The notes under the pieces: generated by a model | Databases searched by the model: none | The model's input: only the letters and a program-made list of their open reading frames with translations | Told to the model about the DNA's origin: nothing | Position numbers and translations under genes: made by a program | Shown here: positions 1 to 10,286 of the stretch, in pieces | How the letters are laid out: each line of letters begins with the position of its first letter | How positions within the stretch are numbered: the first letter of the stretch is position 1 | Virus record (IMG/VR): IMGVR_UViG_2875555210_000001 | Length of the DNA: 64,000 nucleotides | DNA from: a virus | Taxonomy: Duplodnaviria > Caudoviricetes | Direction: 5' to 3' (one strand)

Positions 1-1017
1 CTGGTAATACTCGTCCGGATGCAGAGTCGAGTCCTCCCCGACCTGGTTAAACACGTCCTCAACGAACCCGCCGCCATACGTGATCAGGGACCGCGCGAAA
101 CCGTCAATGACCGTCCCCGATAGGAACGTGCCGTCGAAAGCGTGCGCGTTAGAGTTATCGACAACCTCGAATACAAGCGCGCCATTCTTAACGCGCGTGC
201 CGTCCGCAATGCCCATCAGGCCGTCTGCGACCTCGCCATCGTCCGTTAGGACTCGGCGGTAATTCATCGTGAGCTGGCAATCGTCCAGCGCATCAGCGAT
301 AACCGCGTCCACCGGATTCATACGTGCAGACAGGAACGTCCACATAGACGAGTCGTCCACCAGCCACGGCGAACCCTTGATATGAACCTGCCAATCGGAC
401 CAATCAAGAATCTGGTCCCACTCCTCAGGATCAAACGGGTCGTCTGGCAATTCCCAAAGGTTCCCCTCGACCCTTAGCAGGTTAAGGAGAATAAGCATCG
501 AGATAGCCCACTTACTAGGGCCAGCCAGCATGAACATGCGTGGAAACTGAAATACCGGAATCGGCAGGAACGGATTAGGAGGACACAGCAGGTATTGCAA
601 ATACGTCAGGTCATCCTGGAACGTCATTTCAAAATACTTTGCGCCGTCCTCAGTGGTCTTAATGTTCCACTTATCCAGCAACCCAGACCAGCGCTTAGCG
701 CCACCGTAAAAATCAACCGTGATCATTACGTTCTTCTGGTAACGCTCATCCTGCGGCAACCGCTTAAGGAACAGAGCGATGTAATGATCGTCTCGAATTT
801 GCAACACGCCCTGCGTGGCCGTGTTGTTCTTAAATGGGAACGAACCCTTAATGGTGTCCGTAAAGTCGACCCGCCCGACACAGACAGCGCCATGACTATT
901 CTCAGGATCGTTAATCCAAATACGGATTAGCGGGTGCGCCTTCCGCATCGACTCGTGCCGACCACGGTAGTAATCGCAAGACTTGTCAATATCCCAAAGG
1001 TCACTGTCCTGCCACAT
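1..1017 (-). CDS. Minor tail protein (L5 gp28-like), truncated by window edge
   Basis: ATG at 1017 abuts the Dit stop; reads MWQDSDLWDIDKSCDYYRGRHESMRKAHPLIRIW...; follows Dit; absent from ORF track because no stop lies in the window. Confidence 0.8.
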   Translation of the reverse strand, partial: MWQDSDLWDIDKSCDYYRGRHESMRKAHPLIRIWINDPENSHGAVCVGRVDFTDTIKGSFPFKNNTATQGVLQIRDDHYIALFLKRLPQDERYQKNVMITVDFYGGAKRWSGLLDKWNIKTTEDGAKYFEMTFQDDLTYLQYLLCPPNPFLPIPVFQFPRMFMLAGPSKWAISMLILLNLLRVEGNLWELPDDPFDPEEWDQILDWSDWQVHIKGSPWLVDDSSMWTFLSARMNPVDAVIADALDDCQLTMNYRRVLTDDGEVADGLMGIADGTRVKNGALVFEVVDNSNAHAFDGTFLSGTVIDGFARSLITYGGGFVEDVFNQVGEDSTLHPDEYYQ

Positions 1018-1932
1018 TTAGTACCCCGTCCGAATCACATGCGGACGCGACCACGGACGCGAATACCACTTAGGGACAGTTAGCTTGAAAGCGCCGCCGT
1101 TCTCAGAACCCGGCTCAGTCGGCTTAGCCTTGAACCCGACCGGCAGCTCTCCGCTCTTACCCGGCATCAGCGGGTACAGCAGATCGTTGCCCTTCCACCT
1201 GTGCTGAACAGGCGCGTCGTTAGCGGCCACAATCGTCTGGACGCGCGGGTCTGAATCAACCGTGATGCTCTCGCCCTGCTTAAGCTCAGGCAGCACCAGC
1301 GTTCGGCCACGGTCCATTTCGCCGCGCGCAAACATGTCGTTTTCCCACGAGAAGTCAGGAATGGTCCACGTACCAGGCGCAGTGAACGTCCACCGCAGCC
1401 ACACCGGCACATCGCCGTTATTGGCGACAAACACCGTCGTGCGGTCCGCAAGGTTCGGCGTTTTCCAAATGAAAACGTCCGGCTCGCTCACCCAATACGG
1501 GAACTCAGCGACCGTCGTCATCATCACTTCGCAGTCGCCCGTAAGGAACGGGTCTTTCGCGCCGTACGCCTTAGGTTCCTCTAGAAGCCGAAGCTTAAGG
1601 TTCCTAATGCCATCGGAAGTTTCGACAGTTAGCGTGCATTCCTGGTCGTAATCCCATGCCCATCGCCAACGGGAATCGACCGTGGCCCACGTATCGGGGT
1701 CCCATCCCTCATGCCCAACCTGGACAGAGAAAATGACCTCGCGCCGACGCACACGCTTACCGGCGTACTGCTCACCAAAAGGGCCGGGCGTCCACAAAGT
1801 CTTAACCGGCGCATCAATAAGATTCTGGACATTCGGGGAAAGGGTTACGCCCTCTCGACCCGCGCCAGCGCCCGACAAGCACCAGGTAGAACCATCCCGA
1901 CCCGTCAAAGTAATCTTGACGTAATCGCTCAC
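1018..1932 (-). CDS. Distal tail (Dit)-type minor tail protein (L5 gp27-like)
   Basis: 304 aa directly after tape measure; ITLTGRDGSTWCL and NNGDVPVWLRW motifs typical of mycobacteriophage minor tails. Confidence 0.8.
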   Translation of the reverse strand: MSDYVKITLTGRDGSTWCLSGAGAGREGVTLSPNVQNLIDAPVKTLWTPGPFGEQYAGKRVRRREVIFSVQVGHEGWDPDTWATVDSRWRWAWDYDQECTLTVETSDGIRNLKLRLLEEPKAYGAKDPFLTGDCEVMMTTVAEFPYWVSEPDVFIWKTPNLADRTTVFVANNGDVPVWLRWTFTAPGTWTIPDFSWENDMFARGEMDRGRTLVLPELKQGESITVDSDPRVQTIVAANDAPVQHRWKGNDLLYPLMPGKSGELPVGFKAKPTEPGSENGGAFKLTVPKWYSRPWSRPHVIRTGY

Positions 1933-2020
1933 TATTCAGTTGTCTTTCTAACGGGAAAGCCCCGCCCGGCCACCGGAGTAGTACCGGCATTCGAGCGGGG
2001 CTAACCCGTCGTTAGAGTGT

Positions 2021-5000
2021 TTACTTCATCGGCAGGAATGGAGCCTGCGTCTGAGCTTCACGCCTCTGCTGACCCTGATAGAACTGGTCATAAGAAGCCG
2101 TGTGGATATCGCCGTAGTTGTTAACCACAGCCGGTCCCCCTAGACCGCCACCCTGAGGCTGCTGAGGAAGCACCGGAGCGCCATACGCGTTAGGTGACGA
2201 ACCACCAGACAGCGTGCCCACCAGCAAGCTCGACAGAATGTTGACAGCGCCGCTAGCGACCTGCCCCGCAATCTGCGCGCCAGCCTGAATACCGGCACCA
2301 GCCGCACCACCGGCAGCACCAGCTCCCGGCGCAGCCGCACCCGCCGCGCCAGCGCCCATAGACGCTGCCGTGGCAATCAAGCTGCCCACATGCGTAAACC
2401 CTGACTGAATACCCTTGCTCAAGGCAGGGTTGTTGTGGTCAAGGTTCGTCGGCGCAGCCCCCGCAACAGAACGCGGATCAACGCCCGGCGTAGCACCCTC
2501 CGGCGCAGCCGCACCCGGCAACTGCCCGCTCGGCCCGGCGTTAGTGCCAGACAGCGCGCTACCAAGCCCACCAAGCGCCTGCTCTGCCGTCTCCGTAGGG
2601 ACAACAGGCTCAACCGGTGGAGGAGGCACAGCCGGATCGGCAGGCGCACCATTCGGCGCAGCCGTCGCAACTGGCGGCGGTGGAGCTGGCTGAGGCGTCG
2701 GCAACGGCGTCACCGGAGGCAACGGCATACCACCCGGCGCGAAGCCCGGCAGCATCGACGGATCAATCCGCCCCGAGTTAATAGCCTCAAAGAAGCCCCG
2801 ACCGTACTTAGCGACCGAATCCGCACGCGTGATGAACTCGCCGTTACTAACTCGCGCAAGCATCGAATCTGAGCGGCCCGTACCGGCACCACTCAGGAAC
2901 CCTCCACTAGCGAAGCCAGGCAACGGGAAGTACGCCCAGTTCGTGAACTGCGGATCGTTGTAACCCGAAGCCCCCGACCCAACCGCAATCGGCTTCCCAT
3001 ACGTGCTCGACTCAATGTTCCGGCCATCAGGCAGCGTTGCCGCCGTATGCGAAGCATTCCAGCCAATCCGGTAAGTTCCCGGTGGAGCCTGCGACGGATC
3101 AGCGATAAGCACGCCACCCTTAGCTGGAATGGCCTGCGCGAACCCGCCAGTACCACCCGTACGACCCGCGAACGGCTTACCGTTAAGCGCGTCGGCAACG
3201 TACATCACCAGACCTGAACAGTCCGTGCCGTCAAGACCCGAACCACCCCACACGTAAGGCTTACCCGCCATCAACTCAGCCATATTCGACGCACGCTGAG
3301 CAGCCGGAGATACCGACCCACTATTGAGCGTTCCGACAAATGGATTCTGAGCCTGCAAATCGGTCGGGTAACCGTCAATGATCTGCTGAACCTGAGGATC
3401 AGCATCACGAGGCTTATTCTGATCGTCCTTACTTCCGGTTAGCCCCGTAAAGATGCGCTTACCGATATTGAAGTACGTCGGATCAATGCCAAAGAAGCCC
3501 AGCACCGCGCTAAGCAGAATCTCACCGATCTGCTCCAAGATGCCTACCGGCTGCAACTCCTTAGGTAGACCGGCCAATCCCATCGGGTCATTAGCACTAG
3601 GCGTCAGACCTGGATTCGGGACACTGCCCGGCATACCCGCCTGAGGCGTAAGCCCCGGCAGAGCCAAACCAGCAACAGTCGGCGTCGACCCCGGCGCAGC
3701 ACCCGTCAAATGCGGGATGCCGTTGCCCGGCCCCGGCGAACCGCCCAGGCCGTGAGCCGGATACGCAGGCGAACGCGGATCAGTCGGCGGCACATTAGGC
3801 CCGCTCGACTCCCCCTTGTCGCCATCGACACCCGGCTTAAGTGGACGCTGAGTCGCTGACGCTGGCGCAGCACCATACTTGCCGGTAGACGGATCGAAGA
3901 GACCAGGATTCGCAAGGTCCGGAATCGGAATGACCGGCTTAGGCAGCATGTCCAACGGCGTCGGCGCGTCAAACGCACCAGGCGGCGCAGGCGGAACCGG
4001 AGCCAACGGCTTAGGCGCAAACCCACTGATCGGCAACGGAACTGGATCAAACGGGCTGCCGACCAGACCGCCACCGTCGAAACCGGGCAGCATGGACGGA
4101 TCAATCTCGCCCTTGTTGAGAGCGTGAAAGAACTCCTGTCCGTACTTGGCCACCGAATCGGCCCGAGTGATGAACTCGCCGTTAGACACCCGCGCCAGAA
4201 TCGAGTCACTACGACCCGTGCCCGGCCCGCTTAGCATTCCACCCGTAGCCGCCGTAGGCGCAGGCTGCAAGTACATGCCCGCGCGGTCAGCGTCAAGGTG
4301 AATCACCGTGCCGTCAGCCAGCTCCTCGAACCGGCCACCGTTCTTACGAATGTTCTCAACTAGGTCCGGATGGTTGCGCTGGATATCGCCGAAGCGCATA
4401 TCGACGCGCACGCCCGCCGCGCCCTGGCCCCCAGGCTCGTAGTACGGCGAAGGGCTGCCAAGACCCGCGAACGGGTTAGGCGTGCCCGGCTTGAACTGCG
4501 CCCGGCCCGTAACCGCCTCGTTGTTCGACCGCACTTCCGCGCCAACCTGCAACGCATGGTTGGTGTCGTCCATGACGAACCGGCTGATATTCGCGCCCGC
4601 ACGAGCACGCTGAGACAGACCCGGCGTGTCATCGTTACGCGACCCCGGCAGCCACGACAACGGATTGTTGTAGCCATACAGCAGATCGCTAAGCGAGAAC
4701 GAAGCCCCCGACTTCTCAAACAGCTCCCGAGCCTGATTATCACCCGTAAGCGCCCGAGCCAGAACATCATTGTTGATCTGAGCTTCCGGCTTACGCTGCT
4801 TATTCAGCAGGTTAAGGAAATTCGCGTCATCCTCACCAACGAACGAAGCCAAAGGCTTAGAGTTCAGCTCGTCAAGGATCGCCTTACGCGCCGTCCCGAT
4901 AACCTGGTCACGTGCAGCCTGATTCGTCGGCGTCAACGCCTGCCCGAACAGCTCCCGGTTAATGTTGAACTCACTCTGAGCCAACCCCGGCAGATCACGC

Positions 5001-7126
5001 GGCTTAGCATCCGACTCGTTAGGATCAACGAAACCACCAGCCCGGCCCAACTTCTCAGCCAAACCCTGCTGCGTCAACGACCCCGACAGCGCATCCATTT
5101 CGCCGCGCAACCGCGCAACCATGTCCGCGTGGTAAGCAGTCGACTCAGCGGCCTCCTGCTGCGCATTCACGTACTGGTTGAGCAACAGTGCAGCCACCGC
5201 GCTCACGCCCACAGCGATAGGCCCACCAACAGCCATCAAGCTACTGAAACGCGAAGCCTTACCGTTAGCGCCGGAACTACCGTTACCAAACGCGTTCGAC
5301 ACCAGGTCAAGCGCCTTCGTGAGGCCGTCTATCCCAGTCTTAACGCCCGTTAGGATCGGCTGGATAGTCCGCCAGCCAAGCCACGCATACAGGATCGTCT
5401 GAATTAGCGCCGGATGGTTCTTAAGTAGAGTCGCCGCCGTATTTAGGAACGGCAACAGCATGTTGGCCCACCGCTGAGCCGCATCCTGAACATTCTTGAG
5501 AATGCCCGGAATCTGCTCCAACGTCGGACGCCACTTCTGGAACTCAGCACGCGCCTCGTAGAAAAAGTCCTTAAGCTTCTTTTGCCCCTCGGCACTCTTA
5601 AGGAAATCCGCCAGACGCTTAGTGCCATCGCTAAGCAAGTCAAGTAGGCCGCGGCCTCCCGTACCGGTGAACGCCTCACTGACAGAGTTCATGATCGAAC
5701 CGATATTCAGCAGAGTGTTACCCAGATCGGTTAGCGCCTTAAGGCCCGAGTCGATCCACTTATCAAGACGGCCATCGTCGTCAGCCGCAGACACGAAGTT
5801 CTCAAACCGCGTCATCACGTCACCAAAGGCGTCCGCTAGACGTGGCAGCGAATCAGAGCTAGCCGCCGTTAGGCGCAGCACCCCACCCACCAACGGATCA
5901 ATAGCCCGAGTGAGTAGGTTCTGCGCGTCCTCCGTGTTACCGAACAGGCGCTCTAGGAATCCCTGATTCTTGCTATCGCCTAGTGAGGAGATAGCCGCGC
6001 GCAGGTTGCCGTTAATGGCCCCTGCAATGCCCGTCAAGCCACGTTCAAGCAACGGCAGGCCCGTACCCGCCAAGCCCTGGATATCGGACCCCAGATTGGC
6101 GAATAGTCGATCCTGCACAGCCATACGTAGGTCCAGCCACGCACCACTGAGCGACCGCACCCGATTAACAAAGTCCTGAGCATTCGGAGACAGGTTGCCC
6201 ATAGCGTCCACGAGCTTTTTGACCGCAGTAGAGCCGTCCGCAGCCTGCTCAAGCGCCGAAGTCAAACGCTCCGTCGCCGCGACCACCGCGTCACTGCCCT
6301 GGACGCCCTTAGCGTTAGCCTCGGCTACGTCCTCTTGTAGTCGCAGATTCCGCCGACGAGTCTCCGTAAGCTGGCCCTCAGCCCTGCGAATACCAAGCTG
6401 ATCCTTCTGCATCTGCCACGCCGACTTGCCAACCTTGTCGTTAGCCTCGGCCATCGCCTCTTGCAGGTTCATCATCGCTTCGGCTTCATCCAGCGGAGCG
6501 TCACGCATCTGCGCGTTCAAATCCTCAAGATTCCGGCGAGCATCCCGAATGGCGTTATTAAGATCGCGCGTCGAATCCCGCACCGCGCGGTTAGCGTCAC
6601 GCTGCTGACGCGCAGACTCCACCGCGCTCTGCTGAGCCTGAGACTGCGCCTTGAACGCGTCCGCCAGGCCACGAGAGCCGACCATCGCCGCCCCGAAAGA
6701 CGACGCCAAACCGCCAACAATGCCCGGCAGAACCAAAGACGACTGCGCCAACTGCACGATTGACGTATTCAGCGACCCCAGAATCAAACCGAGCTGCGAA
6801 AGCTGCGCCATCCCGGCCACCGCAATGTTCAGGGTCAAACCACGCCGCGTCTGATCCTTTAGGTCAGTGACCTTCCGCTTAATCGACGTGATCTGGTGCG
6901 TAACCTGCTGTTCCTCAATCCGAAGTCGGATCGGGTCACGTTCGGCAGCCTGCTTAGCCGACTCAATCTCAGCCAGCATTTCAGCGGTCTTTGCCTCAAC
7001 CTTGACCTCGACAGACTCGCGCACCGTCTGTAGTTGTGTCCGTAGCTTCTGGTGGAAACTATTGGCACCCTTCCCAAGCGTGGGCACCATAAGTACCCCC
7101 GCTTGGGCGGCAATATATTCAGCCAC
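2021..7126 (-). CDS. Tape measure protein with NlpC/P60-like peptidoglycan hydrolase motif
   Basis: 1701 aa, Ala/Gly-rich with coiled coils, after chaperones; GKPYVWGG...DCSGLV...SHTA motif. Confidence 0.93.
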   Translation of the reverse strand: MAEYIAAQAGVLMVPTLGKGANSFHQKLRTQLQTVRESVEVKVEAKTAEMLAEIESAKQAAERDPIRLRIEEQQVTHQITSIKRKVTDLKDQTRRGLTLNIAVAGMAQLSQLGLILGSLNTSIVQLAQSSLVLPGIVGGLASSFGAAMVGSRGLADAFKAQSQAQQSAVESARQQRDANRAVRDSTRDLNNAIRDARRNLEDLNAQMRDAPLDEAEAMMNLQEAMAEANDKVGKSAWQMQKDQLGIRRAEGQLTETRRRNLRLQEDVAEANAKGVQGSDAVVAATERLTSALEQAADGSTAVKKLVDAMGNLSPNAQDFVNRVRSLSGAWLDLRMAVQDRLFANLGSDIQGLAGTGLPLLERGLTGIAGAINGNLRAAISSLGDSKNQGFLERLFGNTEDAQNLLTRAIDPLVGGVLRLTAASSDSLPRLADAFGDVMTRFENFVSAADDDGRLDKWIDSGLKALTDLGNTLLNIGSIMNSVSEAFTGTGGRGLLDLLSDGTKRLADFLKSAEGQKKLKDFFYEARAEFQKWRPTLEQIPGILKNVQDAAQRWANMLLPFLNTAATLLKNHPALIQTILYAWLGWRTIQPILTGVKTGIDGLTKALDLVSNAFGNGSSGANGKASRFSSLMAVGGPIAVGVSAVAALLLNQYVNAQQEAAESTAYHADMVARLRGEMDALSGSLTQQGLAEKLGRAGGFVDPNESDAKPRDLPGLAQSEFNINRELFGQALTPTNQAARDQVIGTARKAILDELNSKPLASFVGEDDANFLNLLNKQRKPEAQINNDVLARALTGDNQARELFEKSGASFSLSDLLYGYNNPLSWLPGSRNDDTPGLSQRARAGANISRFVMDDTNHALQVGAEVRSNNEAVTGRAQFKPGTPNPFAGLGSPSPYYEPGGQGAAGVRVDMRFGDIQRNHPDLVENIRKNGGRFEELADGTVIHLDADRAGMYLQPAPTAATGGMLSGPGTGRSDSILARVSNGEFITRADSVAKYGQEFFHALNKGEIDPSMLPGFDGGGLVGSPFDPVPLPISGFAPKPLAPVPPAPPGAFDAPTPLDMLPKPVIPIPDLANPGLFDPSTGKYGAAPASATQRPLKPGVDGDKGESSGPNVPPTDPRSPAYPAHGLGGSPGPGNGIPHLTGAAPGSTPTVAGLALPGLTPQAGMPGSVPNPGLTPSANDPMGLAGLPKELQPVGILEQIGEILLSAVLGFFGIDPTYFNIGKRIFTGLTGSKDDQNKPRDADPQVQQIIDGYPTDLQAQNPFVGTLNSGSVSPAAQRASNMAELMAGKPYVWGGSGLDGTDCSGLVMYVADALNGKPFAGRTGGTGGFAQAIPAKGGVLIADPSQAPPGTYRIGWNASHTAATLPDGRNIESSTYGKPIAVGSGASGYNDPQFTNWAYFPLPGFASGGFLSGAGTGRSDSMLARVSNGEFITRADSVAKYGRGFFEAINSGRIDPSMLPGFAPGGMPLPPVTPLPTPQPAPPPPVATAAPNGAPADPAVPPPPVEPVVPTETAEQALGGLGSALSGTNAGPSGQLPGAAAPEGATPGVDPRSVAGAAPTNLDHNNPALSKGIQSGFTHVGSLIATAASMGAGAAGAAAPGAGAAGGAAGAGIQAGAQIAGQVASGAVNILSSLLVGTLSGGSSPNAYGAPVLPQQPQGGGLGGPAVVNNYGDIHTASYDQFYQGQQRREAQTQAPFLPMK

Positions 7127-7155
7127 AGTGCCCCCTCTATTAAGTTGTTATTCAG

Positions 7156-7695
7156 TTATAATTTGACCCACTTAGCCTTAGCCGACTCAACGCCACGCGC
7201 CATAGCCGCCTCTAGCCCAGTGTTAACCTTCTGCTCCTTACGGCGCTTCCGTTCCTTTTCAGCCGGAAGCTCAGGACGCGGATAAGGCTTAAAGTCGTCC
7301 GCATTGCGCACCCGACCGGCCTGCACCTGATCGGCGATGTAGAACAAAGCGTCCAGCTCAGCCGTCCAACCAAACAGCGGCGGCTTACTAGCCTTCCAAT
7401 CTTCATCCTTAGCGCTAGCTTGCAGCTCAATTACGTCAGGGTCTTGCAAGTACATTGCCTGCGTGTAAGAGCCACGGATTTGCAGCAGAGTTTCGTAGAA
7501 CATGATGAACTGATCCCAGTTCCGACGTGACGCATAACGAGCGCCCATATCGCTCCCGTACCGCTCCTGGCAATACCCGCACCGGCACGGCGCTGCGAAG
7601 TAGTCAAGGGCATTGACGTGCAAGATCGTTTGGAAATCCCAACAGATCGCACGCCAATACCGCTCAACAATGTCCGCAGCGTAGATTACTTTCCC
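7156..7695 (-). CDS. Tail assembly chaperone, -1 frameshift extension (gpGT-like)
   Basis: The -1 frame is open from the GGGAAAG slippery site (VIYAADIVERYW...) into ORF 7156-7623. Confidence 0.85.
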   Translation of the reverse strand, partial: GKVIYAADIVERYWRAICWDFQTILHVNALDYFAAPCRCGYCQERYGSDMGARYASRRNWDQFIMFYETLLQIRGSYTQAMYLQDPDVIELQASAKDEDWKASKPPLFGWTAELDALFYIADQVQAGRVRNADDFKPYPRPELPAEKERKRRKEQKVNTGLEAAMARGVESAKAKWVKL

Positions 7696-7985
7696 GAGTC
7701 CTTATCCCCGAAAAAGTGCTCGTTGTACTTAGCCATAAACGCGTTCCACACCTGCACAGGCTGAGGATCGAACAGCTCCATAGCGCGGTCATAGTCATCG
7801 CCGAAGATGATGCGCTGAGCCTCTTCCTCGGTCGTGGCCTTGATCAGCGCATTCGCCTGCTTCTTAGTCGGGTTCTTAACAACCAGACCAGGCGCAACAG
7901 GCAGCGGATCAGGCACCCGCACCGACGCAATCAGATCAGCAAACACAGTCCCGACCAGCTCGTCCAGCACCTTGTTTTCTTCCAT
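7686..7985 (-). CDS. Tail assembly chaperone (gpG-like)
   Basis: 99 aa between major tail and TMP; ends G GGA AAG TAA. Confidence 0.85.
   Translation of the reverse strand: MEENKVLDELVGTVFADLIASVRVPDPLPVAPGLVVKNPTKKQANALIKATTEEEAQRIIFGDDYDRAMELFDPQPVQVWNAFMAKYNEHFFGDKDSGK
7689..7695 (-). other. Programmed -1 ribosomal frameshift slippery site GGGAAAG
   Basis: X XXY YYZ heptamer just before the gpG stop; -1 frame continues. Confidence 0.85.
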
Positions 7986-8073
7986 AAGATTCTTTCCCCC
8001 TTAGATAATTCAGACAACAAAGGGAGAGGGGAGCGAACCTAAGCCCGCTCCCCTCATTCCCCCCAAACTGCGA

Positions 8074-8976
8074 CTAAGCAGTAATGGTCACCGTGGCCGT
8101 AGCCGTCAGAGACCCCTTCTTAGCCGTGATCGTCGCGGTACCAGCCGCAACACCGGTCACCAGACCGTTAGCCGAAACGCTCGCCTTAAGCGGATCGCTC
8201 GACTCAAAGGTGCAATCCGGCGTGTAGTTAATGCCGTTGTCACCCTCAACCAGAAGCTGAGCCGTATGGCTCGCGCCCGTAGCCACCGTGACAGTCGGAG
8301 CGTTAGGCGTAATCGTCAGAGCGGTCAGCGCCCGGCCAAAGCCAGCCGTAGCCACAATGTCGCGCCAGCCCGGCCCCGCGAAGCCCTGAGCCACCGAGTA
8401 GCCCACAACATCGTCACGGAACGCCTTAAGCGTCGGCTTGTACTCAATAACGTTGTCGTCGTTGAGCGTCTGGTTATCAACCCGATCCAGCTTCACCTTC
8501 GGCATCAGCCAGTAGACCCAAACCTCACGGTCGTTACGGTCATCCAGGCCAACCAGGATCGCCCGGTAGTAGATGTTCTTCGGCACCTTAGGCGCTTCCA
8601 GAACAATGCCGCCGAACTCAGAAGGCTCGATGTCCGTGAAGTCCTGAGTCCAGATCAGCTCAAGCACGTTGCGCTGGTTCTGGTACATCGAGAAATCGAA
8701 CGTCGTGGTCCGCTTGTTGATAATCGTGCGGATAGGCTCAGGCTCGCCGTAAGCCTCAATATCCTTCGAGTCGAACTCGTTACCGAGCGTAAGACCCGCC
8801 TGCTTCTGGAAATGGCCCACAGACTTGTAGCCAGCAGGAATTTCCAGCGACCCGTCAACGGCAGACTCAAGCGTTAGCGCAGGAGTAGCCGAATACGGAG
8901 CCAGAAGCACGGTAAGGTTCAGAGGCGCAATCGCTAGGTCGGCCTGCGCGTCCTTAATCGTGTAAAAATCCGTCAT
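8074..8976 (-). CDS. Major tail tube protein with C-terminal Ig-like (Big2) domain
   Basis: 300 aa; position; C-terminal ASVSANGLVTGVAAGTATITA. Confidence 0.9.
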   Translation of the reverse strand: MTDFYTIKDAQADLAIAPLNLTVLLAPYSATPALTLESAVDGSLEIPAGYKSVGHFQKQAGLTLGNEFDSKDIEAYGEPEPIRTIINKRTTTFDFSMYQNQRNVLELIWTQDFTDIEPSEFGGIVLEAPKVPKNIYYRAILVGLDDRNDREVWVYWLMPKVKLDRVDNQTLNDDNVIEYKPTLKAFRDDVVGYSVAQGFAGPGWRDIVATAGFGRALTALTITPNAPTVTVATGASHTAQLLVEGDNGINYTPDCTFESSDPLKASVSANGLVTGVAAGTATITAKKGSLTATATVTITA

Positions 8977-9003
8977 ATTAAGTTGTCCTTATTCAATTAT
9001 TCG

Positions 9004-9507
9004 CTAAGGGCTACCCGTCAGCCCATGCCACAAGGCATAAAGAAACTGCTTGTAGTTCTTAGCGGTTTTCATCGACACAGAAACTTGGAACGTCGCCGTG
9101 ACAACGCGGTTGTCGATCCTCTGATTCGGTGTTAGCAATTGCGGCCCGGCCACTTCTTTATCGCAGCGAATCTGCGCCGTGTACCCGTCAGCCATCTTGA
9201 ACTTGTCCCCCTGCATCGGCAGCAGGATCGAACGGACAAAGTTCATAAGCTCCCACGAATCATCGCGCGAGCCAGTAACGGCCATGACCTGCAACTGGCA
9301 CTCATCCTTACGGGCGTCCCAGTCGACCTGGCCCCCCGGCATCCGGAAGAACCACAACGTAGGGTCAGGGTCCGCATTATCAAGCCAGTCGTCAGGCAAC
9401 CAACACCCCGACTCATAATTCGGCAGTAGTTTCGTGAAAATGTCGATAAACAGGTTCTCGATGTTTACGAAATTATTTTCGTACCAATCCGGCAGAACCA
9501 AAGACAT
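9004..9507 (-). CDS. Tail terminator protein
   Basis: 167 aa immediately upstream of major tail; synteny. Confidence 0.7.
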   Translation of the reverse strand: MSLVLPDWYENNFVNIENLFIDIFTKLLPNYESGCWLPDDWLDNADPDPTLWFFRMPGGQVDWDARKDECQLQVMAVTGSRDDSWELMNFVRSILLPMQGDKFKMADGYTAQIRCDKEVAGPQLLTPNQRIDNRVVTATFQVSVSMKTAKNYKQFLYALWHGLTGSP

Positions 9508-9516
9508 AAGCCCCCC

Positions 9517-9948
9517 TTAAGCGCCGTTCTTCGCCTTAACGACAGCCACGGCTTTCTTCAAATCCTTATGCGCAGGGAAGTCCCAACCCGAAGGCGGATT
9601 ACCACCGTCGCCGTGCTCATGAAGAACGCCGTAAAAGAACAGGTCGCCAGGATTAGGGTTACGTGGACTGTGCCAAGTCGACACAGCCGTCTCGCCGCCA
9701 ACAGTGACGTGCGAAACCCAGCGGTCATTCTTCTTACCGCCAATGATCGTTTCAGCACCGGCAGACGACATAAGCTTTCCGGACCGCTTAGCAACACCCG
9801 CCCGATAGGCAAGCACGACCTCCTGGCCGATAATGCCCATGAGCAGTTCCATCTCTGGACCAAGCAGCAGTTTCGCCAAACCAGGGTTAGGGACCGGAAT
9901 GTGAATGTCAGTAAGCCTGTGACCAATCGTTGTGCCAGCCGCAGGCAT
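9517..9948 (-). CDS. Neck/tail completion protein (HK97 gp10-like position)
   Basis: 143 aa; KRSGKL...YGVLHEHG pattern; synteny. Confidence 0.6.
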   Translation of the reverse strand: MPAAGTTIGHRLTDIHIPVPNPGLAKLLLGPEMELLMGIIGQEVVLAYRAGVAKRSGKLMSSAGAETIIGGKKNDRWVSHVTVGGETAVSTWHSPRNPNPGDLFFYGVLHEHGDGGNPPSGWDFPAHKDLKKAVAVVKAKNGA

Positions 9949-10286
9949 TACCCATTCACCGCCTCCACCTGAAACACCACATAGCCGAAGTCGTACCCAT
10001 CAAAGGCGTGCCCCTGATCCCACATCGAATGACCAACGACGGTGTAAACCTCGCCGTTGCCACGCTCGATGCGATCCCGAGCCTTAACGTCCGCGCCCCG
10101 CTTCACATACAGCTCCGCAGTCAGGCTCGAACTCTCCCCCTTGAAATTCTGCTTCCGGCCAAACTTATTGGTGCTGGTCCCCGGCCCCCACGCAAAAATG
10201 CCCTTAACCGTGCCGTGAACCTCTTTGTTCGGATTGCCGTACTTATCCGTATCGCCCCGGCGAACGGTTAAAGTCTCCTCGTTCAC
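9948..10286 (-). CDS. Head-to-tail stopper
   Basis: 112 aa; DKYGNP and DRI...YTVVG pattern; synteny. Confidence 0.7.
   Translation of the reverse strand: MNEETLTVRRGDTDKYGNPNKEVHGTVKGIFAWGPGTSTNKFGRKQNFKGESSSLTAELYVKRGADVKARDRIERGNGEVYTVVGHSMWDQGHAFDGYDFGYVVFQVEAVNG

Noticed and set aside
7689-7695. Chaperone frameshift as a novelty or pseudogene
   Set aside because: It is the standard programmed -1 frameshift of siphophage tail chaperones.
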